In this document: piece by piece, positions 52,555 through 64,000 of the stretch
Numbering within the stretch: position 1 is the stretch's first letter
How the letters are laid out: each line of letters begins with the position of its first letter
Assembly: GCA_038496445.1 (NCBI GenBank)
Contig: JALMLS010000310.1
Location: 1-64,000 of the forward strand
Direction of reading: 5' to 3'
DNA length: 64,000 bases
DNA from: Trichosphaerium sp. ATCC 40318
Lineage: Eukaryota; Protista; Tubulinea
Position numbers and translations under genes: made by a program
Notes under the pieces: generated by a model
What the model was told of the DNA's origin: nothing
What the model saw: only the letters and a program-made list of their open reading frames with translations
Databases searched by the model: none

Positions 52555-53929
52555 ATGAAAATATACGCTCACTTTGAGGACTATGATATCACTATCATTA
52601 TACGCTGGAGTAATTCAAAAGGGACTTTCTCCGATTTAAAAAAGGCAAGGCTAAACGTAAAACCTACGTAGTTACGTCAAACATAGGCGTTTGTAACTGA
52701 ATGTGCTGCCAAAAAAGAACAAGTGTTTGTGCCAAAGGATTTGATCGTCACTAGCGAAAGGTAGCGTTAAAATAGACTAAAACAGCAACATAAGAACGTT
52801 TTTCTTATTTGTTGCGAAGCAAAAAACCTTTTCAGCTCTCTGCACGCGTCGAAAGCACGTTAGATAACGGTAGCGATGTATTCTTTTGGCACAAATCAAC
52901 TTTCAAGAGAAAACCCGTCACCAAAAAGCAAATACCGATTCCTTCACGTCAACGCGTACAAAAACCATTAGGTAATCGTTTAACAGCCTGAATTTATTCT
53001 AACGTATGCAAATAGCTACAACAGCATCCCATAAAGTGTCATCTGATCTTAATCCTTCCGTGTCATTACAAAAACCAAAAATCAAATTAACAGGATTTTG
53101 TGCTGTTTGTGGAGAGATTTTAGAGTTTGAACATGGAGCTAAGTCTTTAAATTGTACATCTTGCAATAGTAAAAACTTGGTTGTTACATTTGGTACGCAG
53201 AAAATACAAACCGACGCGGTGCACGTGTACCGTTATAGTGGTAGTTGTTTGTTGAAAAAACATTAAACCGATTTTCTTGTCTGTACTTTTTTTTTTTGGA
53301 TCAAAAGGAGAGCACTAGCTTCCTACTTTATTAAACTTTAATTTCGATATAAATACTTTTAGCAGAAATAATTACTATAATTTTGAAACGTCCAATAAGG
53401 TGGATAAGGGATAACTTAAAAGGATAATTTGGGGCAATTCATGGAGGGTTTTTTTCTGAAAAAAGAAATTTGACATTTCTATCGTAAATCTTTTGCTGAC
53501 TCACTTCTGTAGTTGACGCCCAAGCAGAGTGCAGATGTAAGAATACAATATTTAGAAAGAGAGGAGAAACAACACTGGTTTGTCCTAATCCAGAATGCAA
53601 CCATAGACTTTGTGTCATTCAGTGTCCAAAATGTAAAATGCCGTTTGTATTCCCTGAAGGTACACTTGACATTCTGAACCACATACATCAACAACTTCTT
53701 AAGGATTACAGACTATACCCTGCGTTGGCTGTCACGCACAGTTATCTCCTAATGATTCTCATGGATTTAAGCCTAGACCATTAGGACAACTTCATCATCT
53801 GTACGTTCACATTTGAAGTATTAGGAACAAACTCTTACACATCTTATAGTGTTTACAGTGGAGGTAAGCAAAAATTTCAAGTTTTTTTGTATTTTAGTTT
53901 ACAGTTTCTACTATATTTCAGTTCTTTAG
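52555..53929 (+). CDS. Ubiquitin-like domain + three LSD1-type C4 zinc fingers
   Basis: CAVCGEILEFEHGAKSLNCTSC; CRC..CPNPEC; CPKCKMPFVFPEGLQTIPCVGC. Beta-grasp-like N-terminus. Confidence 0.55.
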
Positions 53930-54009
53930 TCGCTGACATTCTTCGGATATCCTGCATGTTCTAGTGTTCTTTATGACCATGAATTATGTTTGAGACCATT
54001 CGCATACAT

Positions 54010-55041
54010 ATGAGCGATTTGGTAGGCAATTTATACTCACAACAGCATAGTTAACGAACCAAGTGATTACAAAAAAAAACCTAAAACGAAAAAGAAAATA
54101 AGTTTAGTTGTACAATATTACAGAGATAACGATATAGAAAGACAGAAAGAATATGATCTATGCATGAAAAATAATATAGAAAACTACTATATAGACGAAC
54201 TTCATGTTTTACTGGAGACGGACTTGGATTTTTATGATTATTTTCAGAAGGAAGACAAGGTGCAAAAAAAAAAAAAGCAAACAAAAATTGCCTCTTTTTA
54301 CTCGATTGTTAATGCAGTACATTGGATAAGCATTACTAATTTAATCTCTATGTAGATCAAAATTACAAATATAGGACACCGGATAACGTTCAAAGAAGCA
54401 ATAGAATACTGTAATAGCCATTGTAAAGACCACATTTGCATTCTTGCAAACGCAGATATTTACTTTGATCTAACATTAAGGTCAACTACTTCATAGACAC
54501 TAGTAACATTCTATAACTCAAATGAATTGTTTAGGTATTTACATAGAGGTATAAAAATGAAAGGAAAGTTCCTAGCATTGAGTAGACATGATGTTTTAGA
54601 GGTATGAATACCACAACATGTTCATATAGGGGTTACTTACAAGTCTATAGAATGGTCAGGCTTTACGATTCAACGAATTTACAGCTCCAATTAGCCAAGA
54701 CGCGTGGATATTTGGTAACTAACAACCGAGTTTCTACAACTAAGACTATTCTAGAAAGCCCAGTAACCAATATTCCTATGGATAACGTAGACTTTTTTTT
54801 TGGTGTACCAGGTTGCGATAACCGTATCGCCTACGAGTTTAAAGATAACGCTTACCATGTTCTAAATCCTGGTACGCATAGTCATGAAAAATCTGTTAAC
54901 AGTCAAAAATTACTCACGTTCTGTTCTTTAGCCCTGAAAATTGTAGCCAGACATGTTCATGCAACTGAAAAAAGAAATTATACTCAAGCCGATAAAGTAG
55001 TTGGAAATTATGCAACAGTTCCACCTTGTGGTGACTTATAA
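54010..55041 (+). CDS. GT-A-fold glycosyltransferase-like protein
   Basis: ICILANADIYFD, FLALSRHD, SQDAWIF, FGVPGCDNRIAYEF, RHVH. Confidence 0.65.
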
Positions 55042-55177
55042 TCACGTGATAAATTATTAAATTGAAGTTGCAAACAATATATTGGAAGTAATTCCTTATT
55101 TATTCATGATACTGGTCAGTAAGTACTTATCAGGGACCACATCTGACAAAAAACTTGGTTTTGTTTTTTTTTTGACT

Positions 55178-56153
55178 TCAGTACAATGGATCGTTTTCTT
55201 GTTTTATTATTAACTTCTCCACTAGTTTAGATAAATCTGCCTTCTCCATCTCAAGTCTCTTTTCAAGCTTGTGTATGCGGACTTGTCTTTTAATAATGTC
55301 TTCTTTCAATTCATCTGTAGATTGTATACCATTATCTACAGTATTATCTGCTTCTTGAAACAAGTCAACGTCGTCCAACTATTTTTGTGTAGAGTGAGTT
55401 TTGGTGCTTGAAATAATGAATCAGCATGACGTACATCCATATCAATATCATCGCCTTTGAATAACTCCTTTCTGGTGTCATCTTTTTCATCGAAAGTTAA
55501 GTCTACGAACTGCGGCGTTAAGTCGGCGTAGCAAATTTCTGCCTTTGTTTTAGGGTTGACTAGAAACAAATATGGGTAGAAGTCTAGGTGGGGATTAGTA
55601 TTAGAGTATTTAAAGTCAATTTGCAAAAAGACGTTATGTTAATTTGCTTTTTCGAAGAGAAAGTGCTTTTAGAGCTTACCATTCGTTGATACGTGCGTTG
55701 CGGCTTTACCACGTAGTTTAACACATAGAACTTGCTTAAGAAACGCGCTGAGAGAGTAAAACTGCGCCTTGGCGTTTTTCCTTGGTTGGTATTTAAATAA
55801 ATGGCGTTTATCGGTTCTACCGTTAGCTTCGGTCGCAACAGTTGCTTTTACAACAATTGAAGTTCCTGGAGGCGTTTGCCCTTTCTTACTGGTTGCAACG
55901 CGTTTCCAGCACCATTGAGTGTATCCTTGCTCAACTAGATCTGTCACCTTTTGGCGCGTTTGTTTATTAGAACTCTGCGGTCCGCGTTGAGTTGCTTTTT
56001 GTGTTTTAGGCGTCAAAAGCCCATCTTCTGACTTCTCCATGGTTGGTACGTTATTAATTGAAATTGGCTGCCAAAAACGCCGATCATTTTCCACTCAAAA
56101 GCTGTAGAATTCTTCTTTTTCGTTTCTAGCAAACGAGTCTACAGTACTGCCAT
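55178..56153 (-). CDS. Hypothetical protein with C-terminal coiled coil
   Basis: Spliceable ORFs 55669-56094, 55336-55626 and 55178-55378. Confidence 0.45.
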
Positions 56154-56296
56154 ACTATTTGATTTCGTAAAAGTTTTCAGGCCTCTTATGAGAAATCTCA
56201 AGCAGGGTTTTCTCCTCAGAAATCAGAAAAACTGCACAAAAAACTAATTGTGTTTATTTACAGGAATGTACAAGTTCAAAATAAATGTAATATTAG

Positions 56297-58122
56297 TTAA
56301 TATTGCCTCTCCCTGAACTGCAAATTGAATCTCGCGTAACCAAACGTTTTTAAGTCATTCCAGAAAGAAGGTGCCTAGATATAAAAAGATAAGAAAACAG
56401 TTTCTTTTTTTTTTCAAAATGCTTTTCTATGGTTATCTCTTGGCCACGTACAGTGTACTTATGTACTTTCTCAATTCCATGGAAAGTATCTTTACCATTA
56501 AACAGGACAACATCGCCAGACTGAAGTCTCATATCTAAGAATAAACGTTGAGTAATGGATTTTTACAAAGACAATTATTATCATACCAACACGTCCTTCA
56601 GTGCCTTGTGAATTGCCTGCAACATAGAATGTAACATCATTACCCATTGTGGTACTTATTACCCAACCGGCTACACCATCTTGGTGGCAGTATAAGCTAC
56701 CTTTTTCTAGAAAAAAGGGTGAGAAAATAAATTTGAAGAACATTCCAAGTATTTGCTTGTTTTCAGCGCGTTTAAGAATGCTCCACTGCGCTAAATTGCA
56801 TAATACACGCCACATACCAGGATACAACAATCCGATAAGTTGATCAGGTTCGAATGTTGTTGGGTGGCGAAACCTTGCATCATTTGTATCCATTAACATG
56901 TTACTCTGTTTGGCATAATAGTAAGCCTTTTTATACAACCCTCCACCCCATGCTAATAAATCTTTTGGTTTAGCAATAGCACCTTTAGGTCTAAAATAAA
57001 AAACTTCGTTAGGGACAACCAAAGACATTGTAGACTACTAGAAATAAAGAACAAAAAAAAACTTACTTTGCATAATTTGACCAGTTATACATTAACAGGT
57101 TAGCAGGGTGAGTTTGCGCAGCGGTGGCTTTAACAACAGCTAAATTTTCATAAGTACGAATGAATAACTTGAGGGATTACTAACGGTTGGTCATGAGTTC
57201 TGAGCACATCGTGTAAATACCAACTTGTTCACTCTTGAAAAAAAAAATAAGTAAGACCCAAAATCTGCACTATTTATCACGTACCACATTTAGGTAATTC
57301 TTAAATAGAATGACACCATACTCCAATGGGATCACTTGAGCAGTTTTATCAGGTAAAGAGTACACCGGTTCTTCGCCTCTGTTTTGTAGATAAAAAGCTT
57401 AAAAAAAATAAATAACAGTAACTTCTTGCAATGAAACTTGTTATACCTAGTGCATAATCTTTATCTGCTTTAGCTTGTTCTTGCTTTTTTATTTCAGTAT
57501 CAAACTCCTTCTGCATCTCACGTGCAATATCACTGTCTGTTCGAGAGATGATAACTTTTCGTTTTTTTGGTTTTTTCTTTGTGGGCGTATTTTCTTCTTG
57601 TGACATCTACAAAAGCAATATTAAGACTCAAGCACAACACGTGACAAAGGTTTTCTTTGAAATCGTTTTAGAGAAGAAAAAACGTGCTCGTGTTATATCT
57701 GTAAGTTCGTCTTCATCGATTACATCAAGTTCAGGTTCGAAGTCATCAAACGCGTCTGGTTTTTTACGTTTTTTATTTGGCTTTGGAGATTCCGGTAATT
57801 TAACGGATAGAGGAGTATCCTGACCTTCTTTTTCCCATAGTAGGAGGGTATCAGCGTAATTTAGGGGCGTTTTGACGCCCTTAGGTACTTCTATTGTATC
57901 ACCAACGGTTGATGCTACCATACATGCCGATACATTATGCTACTACGCGTGAGGAGAGTATTCGCGGTATTTAAAGCGCTGGGATAGAACCCAGAACGAA
58001 CAGTAGTGTACCTTTATGTAAAGCTGCGCTCCAGAGCACCAAAGCGCCCACGAAGCTTCTTTGTCAACTTCAATTCCAGGAAGCTCTGTAATATCAATAT
58101 CCATTGCAATACTGTCAGTCAT
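56297..58122 (-). CDS. AlkB-like 2OG-Fe(II) oxygenase with FHA-like N-terminus and UIM/MIU-like motif
   Basis: LYCHQDG (HxD), VISTTMG, LQSGDVVLFNG..FHGI, RFNLQFR. Joined to upstream exons through a GC-AG intron at 57607-57687. Confidence 0.7.
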
Positions 58123-58305
58123 AGCGCTTTGTGTTATGTAGGCGTCTTGCGTTAGTTTGAACGCAAAACAATTTGACACGAAAAAATCAAAAACACAAAC
58201 GGACTTAAACCCAATAAAACACCATAAAATTAGCGTTTTGTAAACACCTTTATTGGCTACTTAAAAAGAATAGTGTATTTGATTCTACAACGTATTGTAT
58301 GTGCT

Positions 58306-59308
58306 TTATAGTACAACGCAAGAAAACCTGCGCGTTTTTGCGACGCTTTCAACGTAAGCTGGCCTGCTAACTCGTATACGCCTAACACATTCCTCAAAAA
58401 TTTCGCTTACATTTATCTTTGATTTTGCGCTTGCTTCAAAAAATGGTGCACCTAGATACGTATGTGTCAATGCAAGTTATTAAGGCGAATATTAAGAAAT
58501 TGTAGAATGAGTTTTATAGCTACGCGTACAGATGGATTCACCAAATTGTTCTCCTACAATCTTTGTTATTTGTCGTTGGTCTTCTAGATCGCTTTTGTTT
58601 CCAACGAGTACTGAAGGTATCTTAGATGAATCATCTTCATCTCTTACGCGCATAATCATCTCCCATATTGCTTCTAAGCCATCAAAAGAAGCAGCGTCTA
58701 CAATCGAGTATACAAGCAAAAACGCATCCGAAGAATGCATATATGCCTCTCTTACAGCGCTATAATCTTCCTGACCGGCTTTATACAATTAATAAGTGGC
58801 ATGGAAGTAAGCAATTTGTTTTTTTCTTAATTTGACATGAAATTCGAGTTTTGTACCTGTATCAAGAATATCCATAATTCCAGCCTCTCCGTCTATAGTA
58901 ATTTGTTTACGATAAGCATCTTCAATCGTTGGATCTATTTGAGGTTAATAAACAAAGATCTGTAAACAAACCAACAAGGATTTTGCAGTTTTATGCTCAT
59001 GCAATAGATACAGCGGTATTGACAACAAAAACGGTAAAATGAGTTTTGTAGGATGTTGTATTAATCCTACAACGTAATATTCGGTAACACTGCATTCTTT
59101 ACTGCCATACAACGCAAGTAGCGTAGTTTTTCTATTTTTTTTGCAGTTGAAGTTGCACGTACCATATTCTTTCAAAAAGTGACCAGCAACATACTGTATA
59201 GTCAATGCTGATTTCCTAGCATCACTTTAGCTCCCATAGGAATTATTGCTTTAGAAAAAGGCTGTACCCAACACCACCAACTCCGAGGATGCACACTTTA
59301 TATTCCAT
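58306..59308 (-). CDS. Ras-subfamily small GTPase
   Basis: [58 protein letters not shown]. Confidence 0.96.
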
Positions 59309-59587
59309 GAGTCTTTACTTCGTCATTGATGTCTGAACTTCAAATTATCGAAACGTTCACCAAAGCATACGACTTAAACGTACAAACGCCAAAACCACTC
59401 CAAATCCGCGTGAAAAGTATTATTAATGCTAGAGTAAGGTCGTAATATTGTTATTTCAGTCACATTCCTGTTTATGGAAATAAAGTTGTTCGTCAGGGTA
59501 TGTTGGCTCAAATACACAGTGTAACAGTACCGACTAAGAAGCGCTAAACAAAAGTGGAGTACAAAGAAACTTGCAAAGAAGTTGTCC

Positions 59588-59598
59588 AAAAAAAAAAA
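59588..59598 (-). terminator. Oligo-T Pol III-type terminator candidate
   Basis: T11 immediately after the 3' strand (CACCAC) of the outer stem. Confidence 0.45.
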
Positions 59599-59830
59599 GT
59601 GGTGATCGCGTCAAGTGCCTCCTATTGTTCGAAGTTGTTCAATAGCCATTTGTGCACCAATATATCACCGGACATGTACGAAGTAATTTGATCTTGGGAG
59701 TCAAACGCCTATCCAATCGGCCACTCCTCACATCAATTAGAGGAGGCAGGAATCGAACCTACTTAATTTTGTTTTTTGTTGGTGGAATGGTAGCACTGCG
59801 GATTGAGACACTTTAACTTTATTGCACCAC
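59599..59830 (-). ncRNA. Candidate ~230-nt structured RNA containing a circularly permuted tRNA(Leu)-like module (59676-59762)
   Basis: Order on the minus strand: T-arm GTAGG-TTCGATT-CCTGC, 3' acceptor CTCCTCT-A, 7-nt linker, 5' acceptor TGAGGAG, TG, D-arm GCC-GATTGGATA-GGC, G, anticodon arm TTTGA-CTCCCAAGA-TCAAA, variable arm TAC-TTC-GTA. Enclosed by nested stems and followed by T11. Confidence 0.65.
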
Positions 59831-60277
59831 GACTATCCAAGTCAGTGTATTTCTTTTAACTAACATAAAATACTATCTAAAAAAAAAGTGGGTTTCTAGC
59901 AACATTGCCATAGTACAAGGCGAGCATATTGAGGTGTTAGGACCAAAGATTTTTTCTTCTTTCAAATGGCTCGAACGCCAAAAAGAGTAATACACTTCAA
60001 TACACTTAGTCTATAACTGTATGAGTTCTACGTAAGTATTTCTTGCTAATTTTGACGTGTAGCCACGTGTAAGTTGAGTATATTAATGAAAGGTGTAAAC
60101 TAATTTTATCTATCACTGAATTGTGCAACTTTGTGTTTCAGGTGGTGTTTAATGGCTACGGCTTGGTAACCATATCACATACGAGCAAAGAATGTACAAG
60201 CATGACACATAGATTTTTTGTTGAAAGAAGTGTCGCTCATTTAAAAATAACTTGGTGCATATCAAGTGCAGTGTGAT

Positions 60278-62291
60278 TTAGTAGTTTATTACATGTTCGC
60301 ATTTCAGTTTTTTATCATAATTATAGTTCAATTCTCTTTCGCCTTGAGTACACGAAACTACCTATTCCATTTCAGTAAGCAACTAAGTTAAAGAAACCTT
60401 CAAATTATGTAGCAGCAATCATCCCTTTTTTGGAAGCAAAATCCAACAAGTCAGAATTTTTTCTTTTTTCAACACTCTGTGAATGAAACGTACGTGGATT
60501 TGTGATAATATACTAGGTGATATATAGCTAACATGAACAGGGTAGAAAATTTTGTTAATATCTTCCTGGTTGTTATCGATTTTCAAGGTAAACGAAAGAC
60601 ATCCAGATTCTTCAGATGAAGCTGTAAGACGTTAACAAACAGGTGGATACAATTTCTGTCTACAACACATACTTAAAAAGGGTATATGCCACTCTAAAGC
60701 ATTACGGATACACTCAAAATTATAAGCACCTCCAGATAGTTCCGTTACTTCAGGCATGAACCTAGGGTTGTTTTTGGTTAAGTTTCTGTTTCATTTTCTA
60801 TTGTAACACATACGGTACAGGAATCGAAATGCATACATCTTTCAAAGGAGCATAGAAGTTGTTTAACGTGTAGTCTACATTGACTATAACAACTCCATCA
60901 GTTCCACATGAAGGCCAAATATCCACTGTAAAAACAAAGTAAGAAAACTTTAAGAGTAAAAAAGTATACTTACCAACTAGTGGAAAATTCTCTTCCTGGT
61001 CGCTACAGTACCTCCACTTAACTAACGTTTGAGACTCTCCCAATTTAGTATTCTTCCTCAAAATTATTTTTCCTTCATCCCTCCAAGCTGCCTTGTTTGT
61101 GAGAGGGTGCACCTTCAAGACAATTATTAGTTCTTTCTCTTGAGTTCATTAACACTACCTTGTATCTTAATCCTTGAATTGGCTCCTTGGTTAACTCAAT
61201 AGCGGGCAATGTAGCGTTTGAAACATTTGCTGTATATTCAAGACACCCAGTAAGATCCATCGAAGCCTGAGAGCCATTCGATAAAATATTTAACTTTTCG
61301 CGTAAGATAATAGCACTTGAGAACAAGTTCAGTAAAACATATACTAACACTAAGCAGCTCACCTTTCGTTGACCTCCTGCAGATCCTCAGTTTCAAACTC
61401 ATTGCTATCCGATTCAGGCATTTTTTGCATGTAACGTGAGGCTTGTAATTGCGCACTATCTTGATGTTTTTTTAATACCATCCCAGTGCTTTCAGGCTCT
61501 GTACTAATGCTATCACGTGACGTTCTTTTCATCCTATCAACCTCAACTATTTTGGGTTTTATATTATAGCCTAAGCGACCTTGCGGGTTTTTCATATGCT
61601 TTATACGACCGTCTTTGATTCTATTGACGTGGTGATGCATATTCGTTAGTACACGTGTATGTATTTCCTGTAAAAAAAAACATTAACAAAACTGGTTGTT
61701 TATCTTCCTTAGTACCGATAGAGCTTTATTGAAATTAATCTCCGATATGCTATACATCTTTTTGGAAAATTCCTCGACTTGATCGATTGAGACTCTGTTG
61801 GAGTATCCATCCACTGACACTAACTCATCAAAACCGAAAATGATTTCGAACACGTTTTTTTTGACTTGTTCCTCCGAAACACATTGATCACAAAACCGTG
61901 ACATCTAATAAAACCGTCAATTACATTGTATAAAGTTGTTTTAGTATGCTTACCAGTTTAGTACATAAGTTTAGAGTATTCAAATCGTTGAACACGTTGC
62001 TGTTTTTTGTTGTCAATAAAATGACTTTCAAGTCATTTACTGCTTGATACAAGTAACGGACGTGGTTTGCTTCAAAGTAAGTGTGCTGACGTTGCCCATT
62101 TTTTCCGTTGTTATAAATATAATACAGACCTTTAAACGATTGTAGTAATGTAGTGATACGTCTTTTAGTGATATCAACAAACTGTCTTGAAACCAGAACT
62201 ATTTTTTTGGTTTTCGTCAGCAACTCAACTTGTTAGGTTAATACTAACCTTTTCCTGTCTTGGACAATACAGATACCGCTAATATAGTCAT
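60278..62291 (-). CDS. ARCN1: Coatomer delta subunit (delta-COP), divergent
   Basis: MTILAVSV..LVSRQF..QHTYFEANHVRYLYQ..TTKNSNV..DLNTL, FEIIFGFDELVS; mu-homology domain HP..K..W, LVKWR..PL.VDIWPS, SGCLSF, FYP..V. Confidence 0.85.
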
Positions 62292-62999
62292 GTGGTCTAA
62301 TCTATTAAGCTGTTATTATAGTGTTCCATCAATAAAATTAATAAACAATGAGCGACGTGGTCATTTTCTCCAAAACCCCATCCATTCCAAAACTGGTTTT
62401 TCATTTTATCTCACGTACTTACCTCAAAAAACTGCCCTTATTTTGTGTACAAAACACTGTCGCTTGTTCTACTAGGCGCCACAACTAAATCCCCCTAGCG
62501 TTAAGCACGAATTCTATTAGCACGTGATAAATGTACTGAAAACTATTGCGAGCAAATACTAAGCTGTTCGTTGGAATTTAGAAATAAAGGTCCACTAGTG
62601 GTACGTAGAAGCTGGATTACGCACGAAAAAACTAATATAATAGTTCAAGAAGTTAAATGATGTCTACATAAGAATTTTTGACGTCATCTCGCATGTTTGT
62701 GGTTAACTTTGCGTACACTAGGCTTAATAACGAAATTGGCGCACTCACACCATCTACAGGGCGTTTCTATACCTTTTAAGGGGAATTTTTTTAACAAGTG
62801 CACGCAGCGACTAAAAACGTACAAGCACGTCAAAAACGCCCAATACACTAGTGCACAAAGGTTACCTTCCTATTTCTACCTTCTCAACAAAAAATGTCAC
62901 ACATTGTTAAATTTCGAATCACTTAACTGCGCGAAAACTCGTCAAAAATAGACTGCGTCAACTGACGAAAAAGCAGTATAAACAAGCAGCTCTACAACT

Positions 63000-64000
63000 A
63001 TGGCAACACAAGAAGGCCGATCTCTACGTAGAGAACTATCTCATCAACAAGACAGTTATAAGGAGTTTTGGCTTCGAAATGAAACTGAAGATCTCTCTAG
63101 CGTGCCAAGAGAAGCCTTAGAGAACGAAGTACGCGGAGAATTCAAATTTTCTTGAATTACACTTCACTAACTATCTCGCTAGGTATTAGCTCTACGCAAA
63201 GAGCTCAATGTAAAGGACAATATACAGATGAATACTTATCACGAATACAGAGACGTTTTATCTCACGGCACAACCGGAAAACATCCGTCAGACTACCTCC
63301 ATTTGAACCAAACAGTATCTTCAGATGCTTCAGAGACAGTGTCTATTCGTGAAACGCTTCGGAAAGCAGGTAAGTTGGCCGACTTTTCGTTTTTTCAATT
63401 TTTTCACCGCAAACCACTATAGAATCGCAGTAAATAACATAGTAATTAGGTAACCGTGCTCTTGGTGGTGGTGTACTTGGAGCCGCAGCTATGGGCATGC
63501 AGGTAAGGGAGATTTTTGGGTTTTTTTGATTTTGGATTTTTATCACGTTCTAACTCCTTTTCAGGTTACAACTCTCATGTGGATGAGAACCACAATGAAC
63601 TACCAGTACCGCCACGGTACTACAACAACACAAGCGATTAAACACTTGTACAAGGTAACATTCTCTTTCCTATTCCAATAAAATCGCTTGTTTACCCTTG
63701 TAACAGGAAGGAGGGTTACCAAGGTTTTACAAAGGGTACCTACCAGCTATGTTCCAGGGACCTCTAAGTAGATTCGGCGATACAGCCGCAAACGCCGGAA
63801 TTATGGCTCTTTTGGATTCGAATGACACTTTAAGGAATTTACCTGTCATGGTTAAGACTGTCGCTTCTTCAGCTACTGCTGCTCTTTGGCGTATAGCACT
63901 TATGCCTATCGATACATGTAAAACAATTATGCAGGTAAGAAGGATAAAGGAAAAAACTGTTCTAATTTACTTCACAATTTTTCTTTTTTTTTATTGTATC
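63000..64000 (+). CDS. Mitochondrial carrier family protein (runs off the window end)
   Basis: ALGGG..GAAAMGMQVTTLMWMRTTMNYQYRHG, EGGLPRFYKG..QGPLSRFGDTAANAG, MPIDTCKTIMQ. Confidence 0.92.

Noticed and set aside
59879-59985. Second CCAC-T9 ending and a TGGC-GTTCGA-GCCA B-box-like hairpin upstream of the permuted tRNA
   Set aside because: No cloverleaf or terminal stem could be built. It could be a promoter element, but this is unsupported.

Overview
Gene-dense, intron-rich eukaryotic nuclear DNA with short (~40-60 nt) GT-AG introns and ~35 protein genes. The gene content is consistent with a free-living protist, plausibly an amoebozoan (inference). Recognisable genes: receptor-type TKL kinase, NXT1, saccharopine dehydrogenase, AlkB-family oxygenases, spermidine synthase, eIF2-beta-like, acid ceramidase, METTL21-like methyltransferase, VMA21, EHD, PPR protein, NDH-2, inositol dehydrogenase, DCAF8-like, POP1, Ras, delta-COP and a mitochondrial carrier. 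There is one tRNA-Gly(GCC), and an intact DD35D pogo/Fot1-like transposon lies 126 bp upstream of it inside a compositionally foreign ~3 kb block. The most striking unexplained signal is at 59599-59830 (-). It is a circularly permuted tRNA(Leu)-like module (T-arm and 3' acceptor strand come BEFORE the 5' acceptor, D, anticodon and variable arms). The module sits at the tip of a nested ~230-nt stem that ends in an oligo-T tract. Other highlights: a tandem degenerate double-MADS(SRF) protein, a saposin-acid ceramidase fusion, an intronic H/ACA-like guide for rRNA helix 69, a U12-type intron in VMA21, frequent GC-AG introns, a PARP-type finger lacking its zinc ligands, and intron-poor bacterial/giant-virus-like genes. 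All exon structures, alignments and folds were derived by eye.
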